Below the pieces are notes generated by a model. It did not search any database, was not told the DNA's origin, and saw only the letters and a list, made by a program, of their open reading frames with translations. 64,000 nt of DNA from assembly GCA_945859975.1 (NCBI GenBank), contig CAMAPH010000004.1, forward strand, positions 64,001-128,000, read 5' to 3'. The translations under genes were made by a program, and so were the position numbers. This document shows, one piece after another, positions 26,552 through 36,852 of the stretch (position 1 is its first letter; every line of letters starts with the position of its first letter). This DNA is from Chthonomonas calidirosea (GTDB lineage: Bacteria > Armatimonadota > Fimbriimonadia > Fimbriimonadales > Fimbriimonadaceae).

Positions 26552-27940
26552 GTGAGTCTGCCCATCGAAGATCTAACGCCGCGACAAATCGTGGCCGAAC
26601 TGGACAAGTACGTCATCGGACAACAAGCCGCCAAGCGAGCGGTCGCCGTTGCTCTTCGAAACCGATACCGCCGACAGCAACTCCCAGAGGAGCGCCGCGA
26701 TGATGTGATGCCGAAAAACATTCTCATGATCGGCCCCACAGGCGTCGGCAAAACCGAACTCGCCCGCCGACTCGCGCAACTTGCCCGCGCCCCGTTCGTT
26801 AAGGTCGAAGCCACAAAGTTCACCGAGGTCGGCTACGTAGGCCGAGATGTGGATTCGATGGTTCGAGACCTGGTTTCCCACGCGGTCCGAATTGTAGAAA
26901 AGGAGAAGTTCGAGGCCGTTCGCGAAGAATCCGAGCGCCGAGCCATGGACCGACTCGTGGACATGGTCTACGATGGCCCGACTCCGTGGCAAACCAACTT
27001 CAACTACTTCTCTGACGACGCTGCCGAAACCGAAGCCAAGCCCGCGATCAGCGAAGAGGACTACCAAGCCGCTCAAGCATCGCTTCGCGCACAAATCCTT
27101 GCCGGTGAACTTGATAACCAACTCGTTGAGATCGACGTTGAAGAAGCCAACAACCCGTTTGTCCAGGTCTTCTCTGCGCAAGGCATCGAAGAAATGGGAA
27201 TCGACACCAGCGCACCCGGCGGACCGTTCGGGTCCCGCCGATCGACTCGCCGCGTGACCGTGCAAGAAGCCCATCCGATGCTGGTGGAAGAAGAGTCGAA
27301 GAAAATGGTTGATCGAAGCTCGATCAACCGGGAGGCGATCGTTCGCGCCGAGCAGACCGGCATCATCTTCATCGACGAAATCGACAAGGTCGCAATCAAG
27401 AGCTCTGGCGCAGGGCCCGACGTCTCACGAGAAGGCGTCCAGCGAGACTTGCTCCCGATCATCGAAGGTTCGACCGTGCAGTCGAAGTTCGGACCCATCA
27501 AAACCGACCATATCCTTTTCATCGCTGCCGGCGCCTTCCACATCGCCAAGCCAAGCGACCTGATCCCCGAGCTACAGGGTCGACTCCCGATCCGCGTCGA
27601 GCTCGAGAGCCTCACCCGGGGCGACCTTCGCCGTATTCTGCAAGAGCCTAAGAACGCTCTGGTAGGACAGTACTTCGACCTGCTCAAGGTAGACGGCGTT
27701 GAAATCGAGTTCACATCCGACGCGCTCGACGAAATCGCCGAGCTCGCCGAAGCGGTTAACGAGAAGATCGAAGACATCGGGGCGCGACGACTTCACACGA
27801 TGATGGAGCGACTTCTGGAAGAAGCCTTGTACGAAGCTCCGGAAACCGAACAGAAGCACATTCGGTTCAACCGAGAGTCGGTTCGAGCCAAGCTCGATCC
27901 ATTCGTCCGCAACCTCGAAACTTCTCGAAACGTGCTGTAG
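26552..27940 (+). CDS. hslU: ATP-dependent protease ATPase subunit HslU
   Basis: GPTGVGKT, KFTEVGYVGRD, FIDEIDK, ELQGRLPIRVEL; GTG start at 26552. Confidence 0.96.
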   Translation: MSLPIEDLTPRQIVAELDKYVIGQQAAKRAVAVALRNRYRRQQLPEERRDDVMPKNILMIGPTGVGKTELARRLAQLARAPFVKVEATKFTEVGYVGRDVDSMVRDLVSHAVRIVEKEKFEAVREESERRAMDRLVDMVYDGPTPWQTNFNYFSDDAAETEAKPAISEEDYQAAQASLRAQILAGELDNQLVEIDVEEANNPFVQVFSAQGIEEMGIDTSAPGGPFGSRRSTRRVTVQEAHPMLVEEESKKMVDRSSINREAIVRAEQTGIIFIDEIDKVAIKSSGAGPDVSREGVQRDLLPIIEGSTVQSKFGPIKTDHILFIAAGAFHIAKPSDLIPELQGRLPIRVELESLTRGDLRRILQEPKNALVGQYFDLLKVDGVEIEFTSDALDEIAELAEAVNEKIEDIGARRLHTMMERLLEEALYEAPETEQKHIRFNRESVRAKLDPFVRNLETSRNVL

Positions 27941-28036
27941 CAGAAAAAAGTTGGGAAGCTCAGAATACTTCTCCCTATAATCGAGTTGAGTGCGCCGACG
28001 AACGTCCTATCCTCGGCGCACAAGGTTTTGACTGAG

Positions 28037-29446
28037 ATGAGAATATACGGCACGCTTCCGGTTCTGGCCCTCATCTCGTCTTTTGCGTCCGCACAGACAA
28101 GCTTTTTGCCGGAAGAGCGAGACCGCATCACGCAATTTTGGAAGGAACCGTCACGGCTGGCGACGGTCGTGCCGGAGTCCGCCAACAAGCAAGGACTTTT
28201 TGTTGTGCGTCAAAGTCCAGAAGGTTCTTTTTGGCTCTGGAACTTTAACAAACTGCGCGGACTCGGCAAGGTTCCCCCAACCCAAACGGCACCCGTCGTT
28301 CCGGTCACATCGCCCGGTATCCAACCTGGTTCCGCAAAAGCTTGGGAAACGTGGCTTCAAGCAAAGCAGAAGTTCGATGAGTATCAAAGCGCTTTAGCCG
28401 CTAACGAGGAGAACCGCCTCGGCGGTTTTCCCACGGTGCCGCAAGTCGAGAGTCCCGACCCCGGTCCTGCTCCCTCAGATCTTGTCGCATTCGCGGGTGA
28501 ACCACCCCGATTCTTCGAGCCCGCACGACCGAACGAGTTTCGGATCGTGTTCCATGATGCGGAGTACCGCTACGTGGATAACGTGACCGTGCCGAAGCAG
28601 TACGCCTACTACCGATTCCGACAAGGCGTCCGCGCGGCTGGAAAACCCGTTAAGGCGATGCCAGACGACGAACTGAACTCACTGTTTGAAAAGGCCGGAA
28701 TCAGCCCCAAAATGTGCAAAACCATGCGGGCGGTTTCCCTACTCGAAGGGGGATTTGAGAGCGTAAACACCTATGACACTGGCTACTTGAGTGTCGGCGT
28801 CATCCAGTTTGCTGCCCTTTCCGAAGGCGGCGGCAGCCTCGGCGCGGTTCTAGCGAAGATGGAATTGGAGTCTCCTACGGCATTCCAAGAACACTTCCGC
28901 AACTTCGGAATCGATGTTTCGGATTCCGGCAAAATCCAGGTGTTTGATACCGACCAGCAGCAAGAGCTCGAGGGCCTAGATGCTGTACTCCGAATCATCG
29001 AAGACAAGCGACTCACCGCCGTTTTCCAGCGCGCCGGAGAGCGGAGCGAAGAGTTCCGCATCAGCCAACTCAAAGTTGCCTACGAACGGTACTACCCAGC
29101 AAACGATGTTCTGCTTCTGAACACCACGAAAGGACCGATTCAGGGAACGGTAGCGGAGGTTTTCCGCACCGATGCCGGAATCGCCACGCTGATGGATCGG
29201 AAGGTGAACACCGGCGGACTTGGGAACCTCACCGCTCTTCTCACTCAACTCGCCGAAAAGGTTGGGGCCACAAAACTTGCTGATCTCGCGACTTATGAGT
29301 ACGAGCTCACCGAGGCCATGCAGTACCGGCACAACTTCCTGAACGACGCTTCCCTAGAAAAGCCTGCCGAACCGAAAGTTCGCACTTTGCCATCGCGAGG
29401 AAACAACGGGCGGTTTGGTCGGACTGGCGTTCGGAAGGGACGTTGA
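28037..29446 (+). CDS. Exported hypothetical protein with possible lysozyme-like domain
   Basis: Signal peptide; SLLEGGFESVNTYDTGYLSVGVIQF resembles muramidase E...G..Q motifs. Start uncertain (27986 or 28037). Confidence 0.6.
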   Translation: MRIYGTLPVLALISSFASAQTSFLPEERDRITQFWKEPSRLATVVPESANKQGLFVVRQSPEGSFWLWNFNKLRGLGKVPPTQTAPVVPVTSPGIQPGSAKAWETWLQAKQKFDEYQSALAANEENRLGGFPTVPQVESPDPGPAPSDLVAFAGEPPRFFEPARPNEFRIVFHDAEYRYVDNVTVPKQYAYYRFRQGVRAAGKPVKAMPDDELNSLFEKAGISPKMCKTMRAVSLLEGGFESVNTYDTGYLSVGVIQFAALSEGGGSLGAVLAKMELESPTAFQEHFRNFGIDVSDSGKIQVFDTDQQQELEGLDAVLRIIEDKRLTAVFQRAGERSEEFRISQLKVAYERYYPANDVLLLNTTKGPIQGTVAEVFRTDAGIATLMDRKVNTGGLGNLTALLTQLAEKVGATKLADLATYEYELTEAMQYRHNFLNDASLEKPAEPKVRTLPSRGNNGRFGRTGVRKGR

Positions 29447-29518
29447 ACCCATTAGCTTTCTTGTTCTATAGCCCCGGGTGTATAATCCGGGCACCGAAAC
29501 CTCGGGCAAATTCCGGCC

Positions 29519-30310
29519 ATGCAACGCTTTATTAACTGGATTAAGAGTCTTTTCAACCGCACCATGGATCGGCTAGAAGATCCCGAGATGATGCTGGATC
29601 AAGCACGTCGCGACATGCAGCAGGCTCTCGTTGCTAACCGCGAAAAGGCCGTGCAGGCCATTACCCAGAAGAACCGTTTGCAGGGAATGCTGGAAGAGGC
29701 AAACAAGAAAAGCGCTCAACTAGAAAAGCAAGCCGCGATGGCATTGCAGCAAGGAAAGCGCGATCTCGCAACGAACTTCATGCGCGAGAAGATGACAAAC
29801 GACGCTACGATTGCAACGCTTCAGGCTTCGTACGATAGCGCCGTGCAGACCGTTGAGCAAGTTAAGGTCGCCATCAAGCGACAAGACGAAGAAGTTCGCG
29901 CCAAGACCGCCGAAGCCCTCGCCATGAAGGCGCAGTGGAAGCAGGCTCAGATTCAGAATTCAATCTCCAAAGCCCTCGACGGCTTGACCTTCGAAAACCA
30001 ATTTGAAGGATTTGGCGCCGCAAGTGAGCGAATCAAGGAAGCTCAGTCGGAGGCCGCTGCTCGACAAGAGATGTTCAGCACATCCATCCAAGGCAAGATG
30101 ATGATGATGGAAGACACCTCCCGCGACATGGAAGCGGAGAGCGAACTCGAAAAGCTGGAACAGCGACTGGGTCTCAAGCCGGCAACGCAAGAAGCGAGCA
30201 CCGCGACCGTTTCGGTTGGACTCAACGGAGTTGCCGCTAGCGAAGCCGTCATTCAGTCTGAAGCCGAGAAGCAACTCGAAGAACTCGAGAAGCGACTCAA
30301 GTCAGACTAG
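29519..30310 (+). CDS. pspA: PspA/IM30 family protein
   Basis: DRLEDPEMMLDQ, long coiled coil; TATAAT at 29481-29486. Confidence 0.9.
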   Translation: MQRFINWIKSLFNRTMDRLEDPEMMLDQARRDMQQALVANREKAVQAITQKNRLQGMLEEANKKSAQLEKQAAMALQQGKRDLATNFMREKMTNDATIATLQASYDSAVQTVEQVKVAIKRQDEEVRAKTAEALAMKAQWKQAQIQNSISKALDGLTFENQFEGFGAASERIKEAQSEAAARQEMFSTSIQGKMMMMEDTSRDMEAESELEKLEQRLGLKPATQEASTATVSVGLNGVAASEAVIQSEAEKQLEELEKRLKSD

Positions 30311-30312
30311 GA

Positions 30313-31452
30313 TCACTTTACGGTAGAGCCGATCCCGGACCTTGATGGCTTCGGGGTCGGCTTTTTTGTGATCAAAGCTCGGTACACCAGTTCTGTACTG
30401 GCCTCCATTGCCTCGGCGCTAAACAGCTTGCGCGCCCGAACCCGCGCCTTGCTGCTCATTTCAATTCGACGCGAGGAATCCTGCAACAACTCCATGCACC
30501 CCTGTGCCAGTGCCCGGACATCGTAGGCAGGCCGTAGAATTCCGACATCTGGCGTGACAACTTCTGGAATGCCACCAACGCGGGTTGCCACCGTCGGGAG
30601 GCCCAGAGCCATCGCTTCCACAAGCGCGATCCCCATTGCTTCCTGGTGGCTGGGGAATAAGAAGAGATCCATCGCCGCCAAGTACGGCCGAATGTCCGAC
30701 TGGTAGCCGACAAACCGAACGTGGTTAACGAGGCCGAGATCCTCGGTCACGGATCGTGCGGCATCGAGCCCATCTCCATCGCCTACCAGCAGATAGCAGA
30801 GATTCGGAAAGTGCTCGGTAAGGATTCCCACAGCCCGAATTCCGTCCTCAATCCCCTTCATCGCGGTGATGCGCGAAACCGTTCCGATGACCGGTCCAAC
30901 GTTATCCAGGCCCAGCGCCATCCGAGAGGCATCTCCGTTTGCGTGAAAGTCGGCCAGGTTCAGCCCGTTGTAAACCACGGTGACGTCGCTGGCCAAAATG
31001 CCCTGAGCCATCATGTGGCTCTTCACTTGTTCGCTCACCGCGATCATGTGGTCTGAGAAAGTGAACGAGAGCTTCCCGCTCATTCCATGCACGGTGCTCA
31101 CCGACGGCACTTTCGCAATCCGTGCCGCCAGTCCTCCGTTGACGCTGCTCGTGCTGAGGTGGGTATGAATGACGTCGTACTTTTCTCGCTTGATGTGCCG
31201 AGCCATTTGGATGGCGGCAACAAGATCGAGCTTTAGCCGAACCCGAAACTCTCGGTTTGCAAAGCCACGTGCACGCACCTGAGATCCGAACCGCTTGCCC
31301 GCGAAGGTCGCGAACTCGACCGTGTGTCCCGCCGCGCGTTGGGCCTCGCCAAGGGTAAGCAAAGAAAGCGCCGCGCCGTACACCGCTTCGCGAGCGGAGC
31401 AAATTTGTAAAATTCTGAGGCCAGAATTCGGCTGAATCGGACTAGGCGGCAT
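30313..31452 (-). CDS. Glycosyltransferase family 4
   Basis: PSHQEAMGIALVEAMALGLP, VGGIPE. Confidence 0.92.
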   Translation of the reverse strand: MPPSPIQPNSGLRILQICSAREAVYGAALSLLTLGEAQRAAGHTVEFATFAGKRFGSQVRARGFANREFRVRLKLDLVAAIQMARHIKREKYDVIHTHLSTSSVNGGLAARIAKVPSVSTVHGMSGKLSFTFSDHMIAVSEQVKSHMMAQGILASDVTVVYNGLNLADFHANGDASRMALGLDNVGPVIGTVSRITAMKGIEDGIRAVGILTEHFPNLCYLLVGDGDGLDAARSVTEDLGLVNHVRFVGYQSDIRPYLAAMDLFLFPSHQEAMGIALVEAMALGLPTVATRVGGIPEVVTPDVGILRPAYDVRALAQGCMELLQDSSRRIEMSSKARVRARKLFSAEAMEASTELVYRALITKKPTPKPSRSGIGSTVK

Positions 31453-32143
31453 TTCGATATGCTCTAAGCAACTTCAGTAGGAACAGGGGTCCCCAGGTGT
31501 CTGCGCGAACATTGATCCTGCGCAAATCAAACTGATCCGACTCAGCCCGATTACTTCCCTTTCTGGTTCCGCATGCTGCTTCAAAGCCAGCCGTCTGAAC
31601 CACCCTTTTCACCGTCGCGTTGCTTTGCCCGTAAGGGTAGCAGAAAGTTTTGACGCAACGTCCAAAAAGCTCCTGAAGTTGGTCTTTTGCCCCGTTAACC
31701 TCGTCCGAAAGTTGATTTTCCGCAATATCCGCTAGGTGTGCGTGGGTTGCAGAATGGCAACCAATTCGGTTTCCAGCCGCCAACCACGCTTGCACCTCAT
31801 CAACCGACATCAGCGGTTCCAGCCCGTCGTCCCAATCATTCGTCGCCCCCAAGCGCTCCGAAACGAGATACACAATCCCGAAAAATCCGGTCGCCTGCAT
31901 CGCTGGACTCGCATATGTGAGGTTGTTTCGGTACCCGTCATCGAACGTAATCGCGATGGGTCGGTTTACGGAGAAGACCCCGTCATACGGCGCGAGATCA
32001 ACCGAGGTGAATTTGAGCGCCCGGAGCCACTGCATGTGCCGTCCGAAAGCGGCGTGTGAAACGTAATGACCCGCTACGTGGGAACCAGCCACCACCGGGC
32101 CGACCTTGTGATACATCAGGATAGGTAGGCGAGTGGCCGGCAT
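31442..32143 (-). CDS. Polysaccharide deacetylase (CE4)
   Basis: ILMYH, TFDDGY, HSATH, YPYG. Confidence 0.92.
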   Translation of the reverse strand: MPATRLPILMYHKVGPVVAGSHVAGHYVSHAAFGRHMQWLRALKFTSVDLAPYDGVFSVNRPIAITFDDGYRNNLTYASPAMQATGFFGIVYLVSERLGATNDWDDGLEPLMSVDEVQAWLAAGNRIGCHSATHAHLADIAENQLSDEVNGAKDQLQELFGRCVKTFCYPYGQSNATVKRVVQTAGFEAACGTRKGSNRAESDQFDLRRINVRADTWGPLFLLKLLRAYRNAA

Positions 32144-32152
32144 GGTTGCGGA

Positions 32153-32359
32153 TTAAGGAGCCGTTGGCCCGCCACGCTTGGCGGCAATATCTTTCCGCAT
32201 CTGCTCGCGTCGCTGGCGATCTTCGGCGTTGATTCGCTTCGAGAGCACGCTGCCGAAGGCAATAAATGACCAGATGAGAAGCGCTCCAACCCCTACCGCC
32301 ATGTAACCGTACGGCGTGTTCAACGCAATGAACCCTGCATTCGACGCTTCGCTTCTCAT
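32153..32359 (-). CDS. Small single-TM hypothetical protein
   Basis: One hydrophobic helix then a charged tail; lies directly upstream of the deacetylase. Confidence 0.5.
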   Translation of the reverse strand: MRSEASNAGFIALNTPYGYMAVGVGALLIWSFIAFGSVLSKRINAEDRQRREQMRKDIAAKRGGPTAP

Positions 32360-32416
32360 TTCTGTAGCTAACCTCAAACCCGGTTGCGGTTGATGAGTCA
32401 CTGCTAGAATCACCAC

Positions 32417-32755
32417 GTGGTTACTTCTCTGGACCGGCTAATCGTAATGACGTCTCGAATGACCGACGCCATCCACTTTTACCAATCCGTTCTGGGTGGC
32501 GAGCTCGTTGCACAGAGTGAGCACTGGAGCCTAGTCCGCTTCCCTGGCTTCGAAATTGGCCTACATTCCGCAACCATCATCCAGCCAGGTGGCCCGGTCA
32601 TCGGAATGCGAGTTCCGAACCTCATGGATGCAGTTACGACCCTCGCCGAATTCGGCATTTCGCCGGGAGAAATTCACGAAATTCCGTCAGGCCGAGTGGT
32701 TTCAATCTCGGATCCCGACGGAAATCAAATTCAGCTCGTCGAACGCGACGCTTAG
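32417..32755 (+). CDS. VOC/glyoxalase family protein
   Basis: AIHFYQSVLG, DPDGNQIQL. Confidence 0.88.
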   Translation: MVTSLDRLIVMTSRMTDAIHFYQSVLGGELVAQSEHWSLVRFPGFEIGLHSATIIQPGGPVIGMRVPNLMDAVTTLAEFGISPGEIHEIPSGRVVSISDPDGNQIQLVERDA

Positions 32756-33924
32756 TCGACCTTTGGCGGTCGCGGATCGCTGTACTCGTCGACACCAAGT
32801 GCCGCTGGACGCTCAGGCTGCGTTGTCGGGGTTACGTACCGACTTTCCTCGCTGGCGGTTCGGACGCCGAGCATGACTTCCAGCGCGTGCAGAGCGAGTT
32901 CTCCGCTGGCTCGATGCTTGGCTCCGGTGCGAATGCCGATGGCCATGTCCATCACGCCGAGACCGCGGCTGTTTTCGTTGAACGTATGCACGTTCTCTAG
33001 GGTGCGCCAGTCCTCGTCATCGTGCCGCTTCAGCTTGACTTCGCCGCCAAAGTTGTTCGGGTCTGGAACGAGCAAGGTGCCCTCCGTTCCGTAAATCGTG
33101 ATCGGGTGGGCCCAGTCGTTGCGGTGGTGCCATATGTCAAAGCTCGTGCAGAGATCGCCGATTGCACCGCTCTCGAAGTCGAGCACTCCGACGTAGTGAG
33201 TGGGGGTTTCGACGGGAATCTCGTAGCCGGTTTCCGCAAATGCCGCCCGGTCAGGCCGCGCGTAATACCGCTCGTTCTTCAGCGACACTTTGCGGGCTGT
33301 CTGGCTAGCTCTCGCCGAACCACTGACTCGCTTCACGGGTCCAAGCAGGTTCGTCAGCGCCGTCACGTAGTACGGACCCATGTCGAGCATTGGGCCGCCG
33401 CCGTTCTGATAGAAGAAATCCGGATTTGGGTGCCAATCTTCTGGGCCATGGGCCAAGAAGGCGGCCTGGGCTCCGATTGGCGTACCAATCAGGCCGTCGT
33501 CAATCGCTCGACGCGCGGTCTGCTGCCCACCGCCAAGAAAAGTATCCGGAGCGCAACCGACGCGCAGCCCCTTCTCTGCTGCCGAAGCGACCAGCGCTTG
33601 CGCATCAGAAAGGCTCACCGCGAGTGGCTTTTCGTTATAAACGTGCTTGCCGTTCTCCAGCGCTTGCAGAGCGACGGGACCGTGGGCAGCGGGAATCGTC
33701 AGGTTCAGGACCAACTCAACATCAGAATCTCGAAGCAGCTCTTCTACCGAGAGAGCCTTCGGAATTGATTTCTCCGCCGCGACTCCGCGTGCCCGATCCT
33801 GATCAATATCGGCGCAGGCGATAAGGTCAACCCCGGCGAATGCCTGAAGGCATTCAATGTAAATTCCGCTGATATTTCCGACACCAATAATCCCAACTCG
33901 AACTGCTTCCATGCTCTGCCTCAC
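32752..33924 (-). CDS. Gfo/Idh/MocA oxidoreductase
   Basis: GVGNIS, HVYNEKP, GGPMLDMGPY; start may be 33912. Confidence 0.92.
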   Translation of the reverse strand: MRQSMEAVRVGIIGVGNISGIYIECLQAFAGVDLIACADIDQDRARGVAAEKSIPKALSVEELLRDSDVELVLNLTIPAAHGPVALQALENGKHVYNEKPLAVSLSDAQALVASAAEKGLRVGCAPDTFLGGGQQTARRAIDDGLIGTPIGAQAAFLAHGPEDWHPNPDFFYQNGGGPMLDMGPYYVTALTNLLGPVKRVSGSARASQTARKVSLKNERYYARPDRAAFAETGYEIPVETPTHYVGVLDFESGAIGDLCTSFDIWHHRNDWAHPITIYGTEGTLLVPDPNNFGGEVKLKRHDDEDWRTLENVHTFNENSRGLGVMDMAIGIRTGAKHRASGELALHALEVMLGVRTASEESRYVTPTTQPERPAALGVDEYSDPRPPKVD

Positions 33925-33960
33925 CTCTGTCCCGATAGGTGATCTTACCAGTACCGGGAT

Positions 33961-34938
33961 TTAGAGGTCGCGATCTGAAGAGTGTCCCGGGAACAGCTTT
34001 GCGTCTGGATCAAGGCGAGTCTTCGCGAAACAAACGGCGGTTGCGGCTTCCCCAACCCCGGTCGCAATCAGCTTCAGTTTTTCGGCAAAAGAGCAAACGT
34101 CGCCGATCGCAAACACTCCCGGAAGGTTCGTTTCGAACTTGTGATCCACGACCACTTGGTTCTTCTGGATATCCAGCCCCCAGTCCTTAATGGGCCCGAG
34201 CGACGACTTGAATCCGATATTTACAACAATCGCGTCGCAAGGAAACTCCTGAATTTCCTTGGTCTGGGTGTTCTCCAGCGTGATCCCTTCGAGCTTATCC
34301 GTGCCGTGCAGCGCCTTCACCGCGCGCCAGAGGTGCATCTCCACCCGGCTGTTCTGAACTTGGTGCACGCTATCTTCGTGAGCCTTGAAGACGTCACGTC
34401 GGTGGATCAAACTAATTGGCCCCGCCGTGTCCAGCAGGTTGAGTGCCCAGTCAAAGGCCGAGTCGCCGCCGCCGACAATCGCGACGCGTTTCCCTTCCAG
34501 GCTCTTCTTATCGCGCACACCGTACATCAGTCCGCGTCCGATGTAATGCTCCTCATTCTCCACCCCAAGTTTTGTTGGGGAGAAAGCACCGGCACCGGCA
34601 GAAATGATCACGGTGCGCGTTGGATAAACCCCTGCCTCGGTTCGGATGGCGTAGCCCTCATCGGTCTTCTCGAGCTGATTCGCCGTCTCTTCCAGCACGA
34701 TTTCCGGATTGAACTGCGTCCCCTGCTCGATCAGGTTCTTGGCCAAATCCTTCGCCAGCACCTTCGGGAATCCCGGCATGTCGTAAACGTATTTCTCGGG
34801 ATACAGTGCGGTGAGCTGGCCGCCCAGTTCGGAAAGTGAATCCACAATCCGCACGCTCATGCCTCGCAGTCCCGCATAGAACGCCGCAAAAAGGCCGCAA
34901 GGCCCGCCCCCAATTATCGTCACGTCAACCGTATTCAT
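33961..34938 (-). CDS. Thioredoxin-reductase-like ferredoxin--NADP reductase (YumC type)
   Basis: GGQLTALYPEKYVYD, GGGDSAFDW, KLIATG; no CxxC. Confidence 0.88.
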   Translation of the reverse strand: MNTVDVTIIGGGPCGLFAAFYAGLRGMSVRIVDSLSELGGQLTALYPEKYVYDMPGFPKVLAKDLAKNLIEQGTQFNPEIVLEETANQLEKTDEGYAIRTEAGVYPTRTVIISAGAGAFSPTKLGVENEEHYIGRGLMYGVRDKKSLEGKRVAIVGGGDSAFDWALNLLDTAGPISLIHRRDVFKAHEDSVHQVQNSRVEMHLWRAVKALHGTDKLEGITLENTQTKEIQEFPCDAIVVNIGFKSSLGPIKDWGLDIQKNQVVVDHKFETNLPGVFAIGDVCSFAEKLKLIATGVGEAATAVCFAKTRLDPDAKLFPGHSSDRDL

Positions 34939-35038
34939 TCGGAACCAACCATTAAACCAGACGATCTCTCAATTTCCAAATCGTTCTCACCTGATCTACG
35001 TGGGTCCACCGCAATCTGCGATCCATCCATAATCAGGC

Positions 35039-35488
35039 ATGATCTCCCAAGCCGTTTCTGAACCCATTCTCGCCGCCGTCCGAGCCTCCGAACTTTATGG
35101 AAGAGCCCTCCGCGACTTCGCGATGACCCAGCTCTCAGAACAGCCGAACTACAACTGGAGCGGCATGTACCGGCTCGAAGGCGACACGCTCGTGCTCGAT
35201 GCCTACGTTGGAGCAGAAACGGACCACACCCACATCCCGGTCGGACGCGGAGTGTGCGGCACCGCCGTCGCCGAGAATGCGAATCAAGTCATCGAAGACG
35301 TCCGCGAACTGAGCAACTACCTTTCTTGCTCCGTCCAGACGCGAAGCGAGATCGTCGTTTTGATCCACGCCGAAGATGGAACGATTCTCGGCCAAATCGA
35401 CATCGATGGGCACACGGTCGGCGCGTTCGATCAAAGTGACGAAGCTTTCCTATCTGCCATCGGCGAGCTTCTCGCTCGTCGTTGGTGA
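35039..35488 (+). CDS. msrC: GAF-domain free methionine-R-sulfoxide reductase-like protein
   Basis: YNWSGMY, GRGVCG, YLSCS..RSEIV, IDID. Confidence 0.75.
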   Translation: MISQAVSEPILAAVRASELYGRALRDFAMTQLSEQPNYNWSGMYRLEGDTLVLDAYVGAETDHTHIPVGRGVCGTAVAENANQVIEDVRELSNYLSCSVQTRSEIVVLIHAEDGTILGQIDIDGHTVGAFDQSDEAFLSAIGELLARRW

Positions 35489-35537
35489 TGTGCTTCCGAT
35501 TCGGCGCGGTGCTGCGCCAATTGGTACCATCTAGCGC

Positions 35538-36413
35538 ATGGGTCATATCGTCGTAGAAGCCGCCGAAGCGCTGTTGGATAAAGAGATTCCCGTCCTAGAC
35601 CACGGCTTCGTGCGCCTCGTCGATTACCTCGGTGGAGACGCCCGCATCGTGCAGTCCGCCCGCGTCAGCTACGGGGCCGGCACCAAGACGTTCCGCCAAG
35701 ATCGCGGCCTGATTCATTATCTGCTCAAGAACGCTCACACAAGCCCCTTCGAGCAGGTTCAGCTGACCTTCCACACCAAGATGCCGATCTTTGTGGCCCG
35801 CCAATGGGTGCGACACCGAACTGCGCGGCTCAACGAAATCAGCGGCCGATACTCGGTGATGAAGGACGAGTTCTATCTCCCTCTGCCAGAGCACGTTTCC
35901 TATCAGAGCGAATCCAACAAGCAAGGCCGCGCCGGTGCCTTGCCGCCAGACGAAGCGGAAGCCGTCATCCAGACCCTGAAGGCCGAACAAGTCGCTGCCT
36001 ACGCCAGCTACGAAAAGATGATCGAGCAAGGTGTCGCTCGCGAGCTCGCCCGCACCAACCTGCCCATCTCGCTCTACACCGAGTGGTACTGGCAAATCGA
36101 CCTTCACAACCTCTTCCACTTCCTGCGCCTGAGACTAGATGGCCACGCGCAGTACGAAATTCGTGTCTACGCCGAAGCGATGGCCCAGTGCGCAAAAGCA
36201 GTCGCGCCGATCGCTTTTGAAGCCTTTGAGGAACACCTAGTCGGCTCCGTCGACTTCAGCCGCTCCGAGTGCGCTGCGCTCGCCGCTCGACTCCGCGGCG
36301 AGCCGATTCAGCTCGAAGGAAAAGCCCTCGAACGGTTCGAAGCCAAGCTTGCGCACATGCTCGCTGCCAACGCCCCGGACGATGCACCCGAAGAACCCCA
36401 GCTACCCGCTTGA
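35538..36413 (+). CDS. thyX: FAD-dependent thymidylate synthase
   Basis: HTSPFE, RQWVRHR, NEISGRYS, HAQYEIR. Confidence 0.96.
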   Translation: MGHIVVEAAEALLDKEIPVLDHGFVRLVDYLGGDARIVQSARVSYGAGTKTFRQDRGLIHYLLKNAHTSPFEQVQLTFHTKMPIFVARQWVRHRTARLNEISGRYSVMKDEFYLPLPEHVSYQSESNKQGRAGALPPDEAEAVIQTLKAEQVAAYASYEKMIEQGVARELARTNLPISLYTEWYWQIDLHNLFHFLRLRLDGHAQYEIRVYAEAMAQCAKAVAPIAFEAFEEHLVGSVDFSRSECAALAARLRGEPIQLEGKALERFEAKLAHMLAANAPDDAPEEPQLPA

Positions 36414-36832
36414 ACGTTTTCGAGATCGCATCCGAAGCTGAACTTGCCCAGCTTGCCGAGAAGCTGCTCCCCCAGTGGAGCGTGGGAGACATCGTCGCGT
36501 TGGAAGGTCCCTTGGGTGCCGGAAAGACCACTTTCGTCCGCGCCTGCCTGCGAGCTTGCGGCTACGAAGGGGCAGTGAGATCGCCAACCTTCAACCTCAT
36601 TCAATCTTTCCCGACCGATCCGCCGATCCTGCATTCCGACCTGTATCGAGTCAAGAGTGCGGCGGGGTTGGGTTTTGAAGACGAGTTTGCCGACCAGCTG
36701 ACGTTCATCGAATGGCCGGACCGAATGGCGGATTTGATCCCAGCCGAAGAATGCTGGTGGGTTCAAATTGAGTTTGGCCAAACCGCCGAAGCCCGAATCG
36801 TTACCGTCACGCCCCCCATTTCGGGTCGCTGA
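36410..36832 (+). CDS. tsaE: tRNA threonylcarbamoyladenosine biosynthesis ATPase TsaE
   Basis: GPLGAGKT, SPTF, HSDLYR, IEWP; TTG start overlaps the thyX stop. Confidence 0.92.
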   Translation: MNVFEIASEAELAQLAEKLLPQWSVGDIVALEGPLGAGKTTFVRACLRACGYEGAVRSPTFNLIQSFPTDPPILHSDLYRVKSAAGLGFEDEFADQLTFIEWPDRMADLIPAEECWWVQIEFGQTAEARIVTVTPPISGR

Positions 36833-36852
36833 TTCTGGTGTAGCATTACCAA

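Noticed and set aside
29469..29507. GCCCCGGG / CCGGGCACC resembling the tRNA-Leu 3' end (possible attR)
   Set aside because: Only 8-9 nt GC-rich matches, split by the pspA -10 box; the intervening genes are housekeeping.
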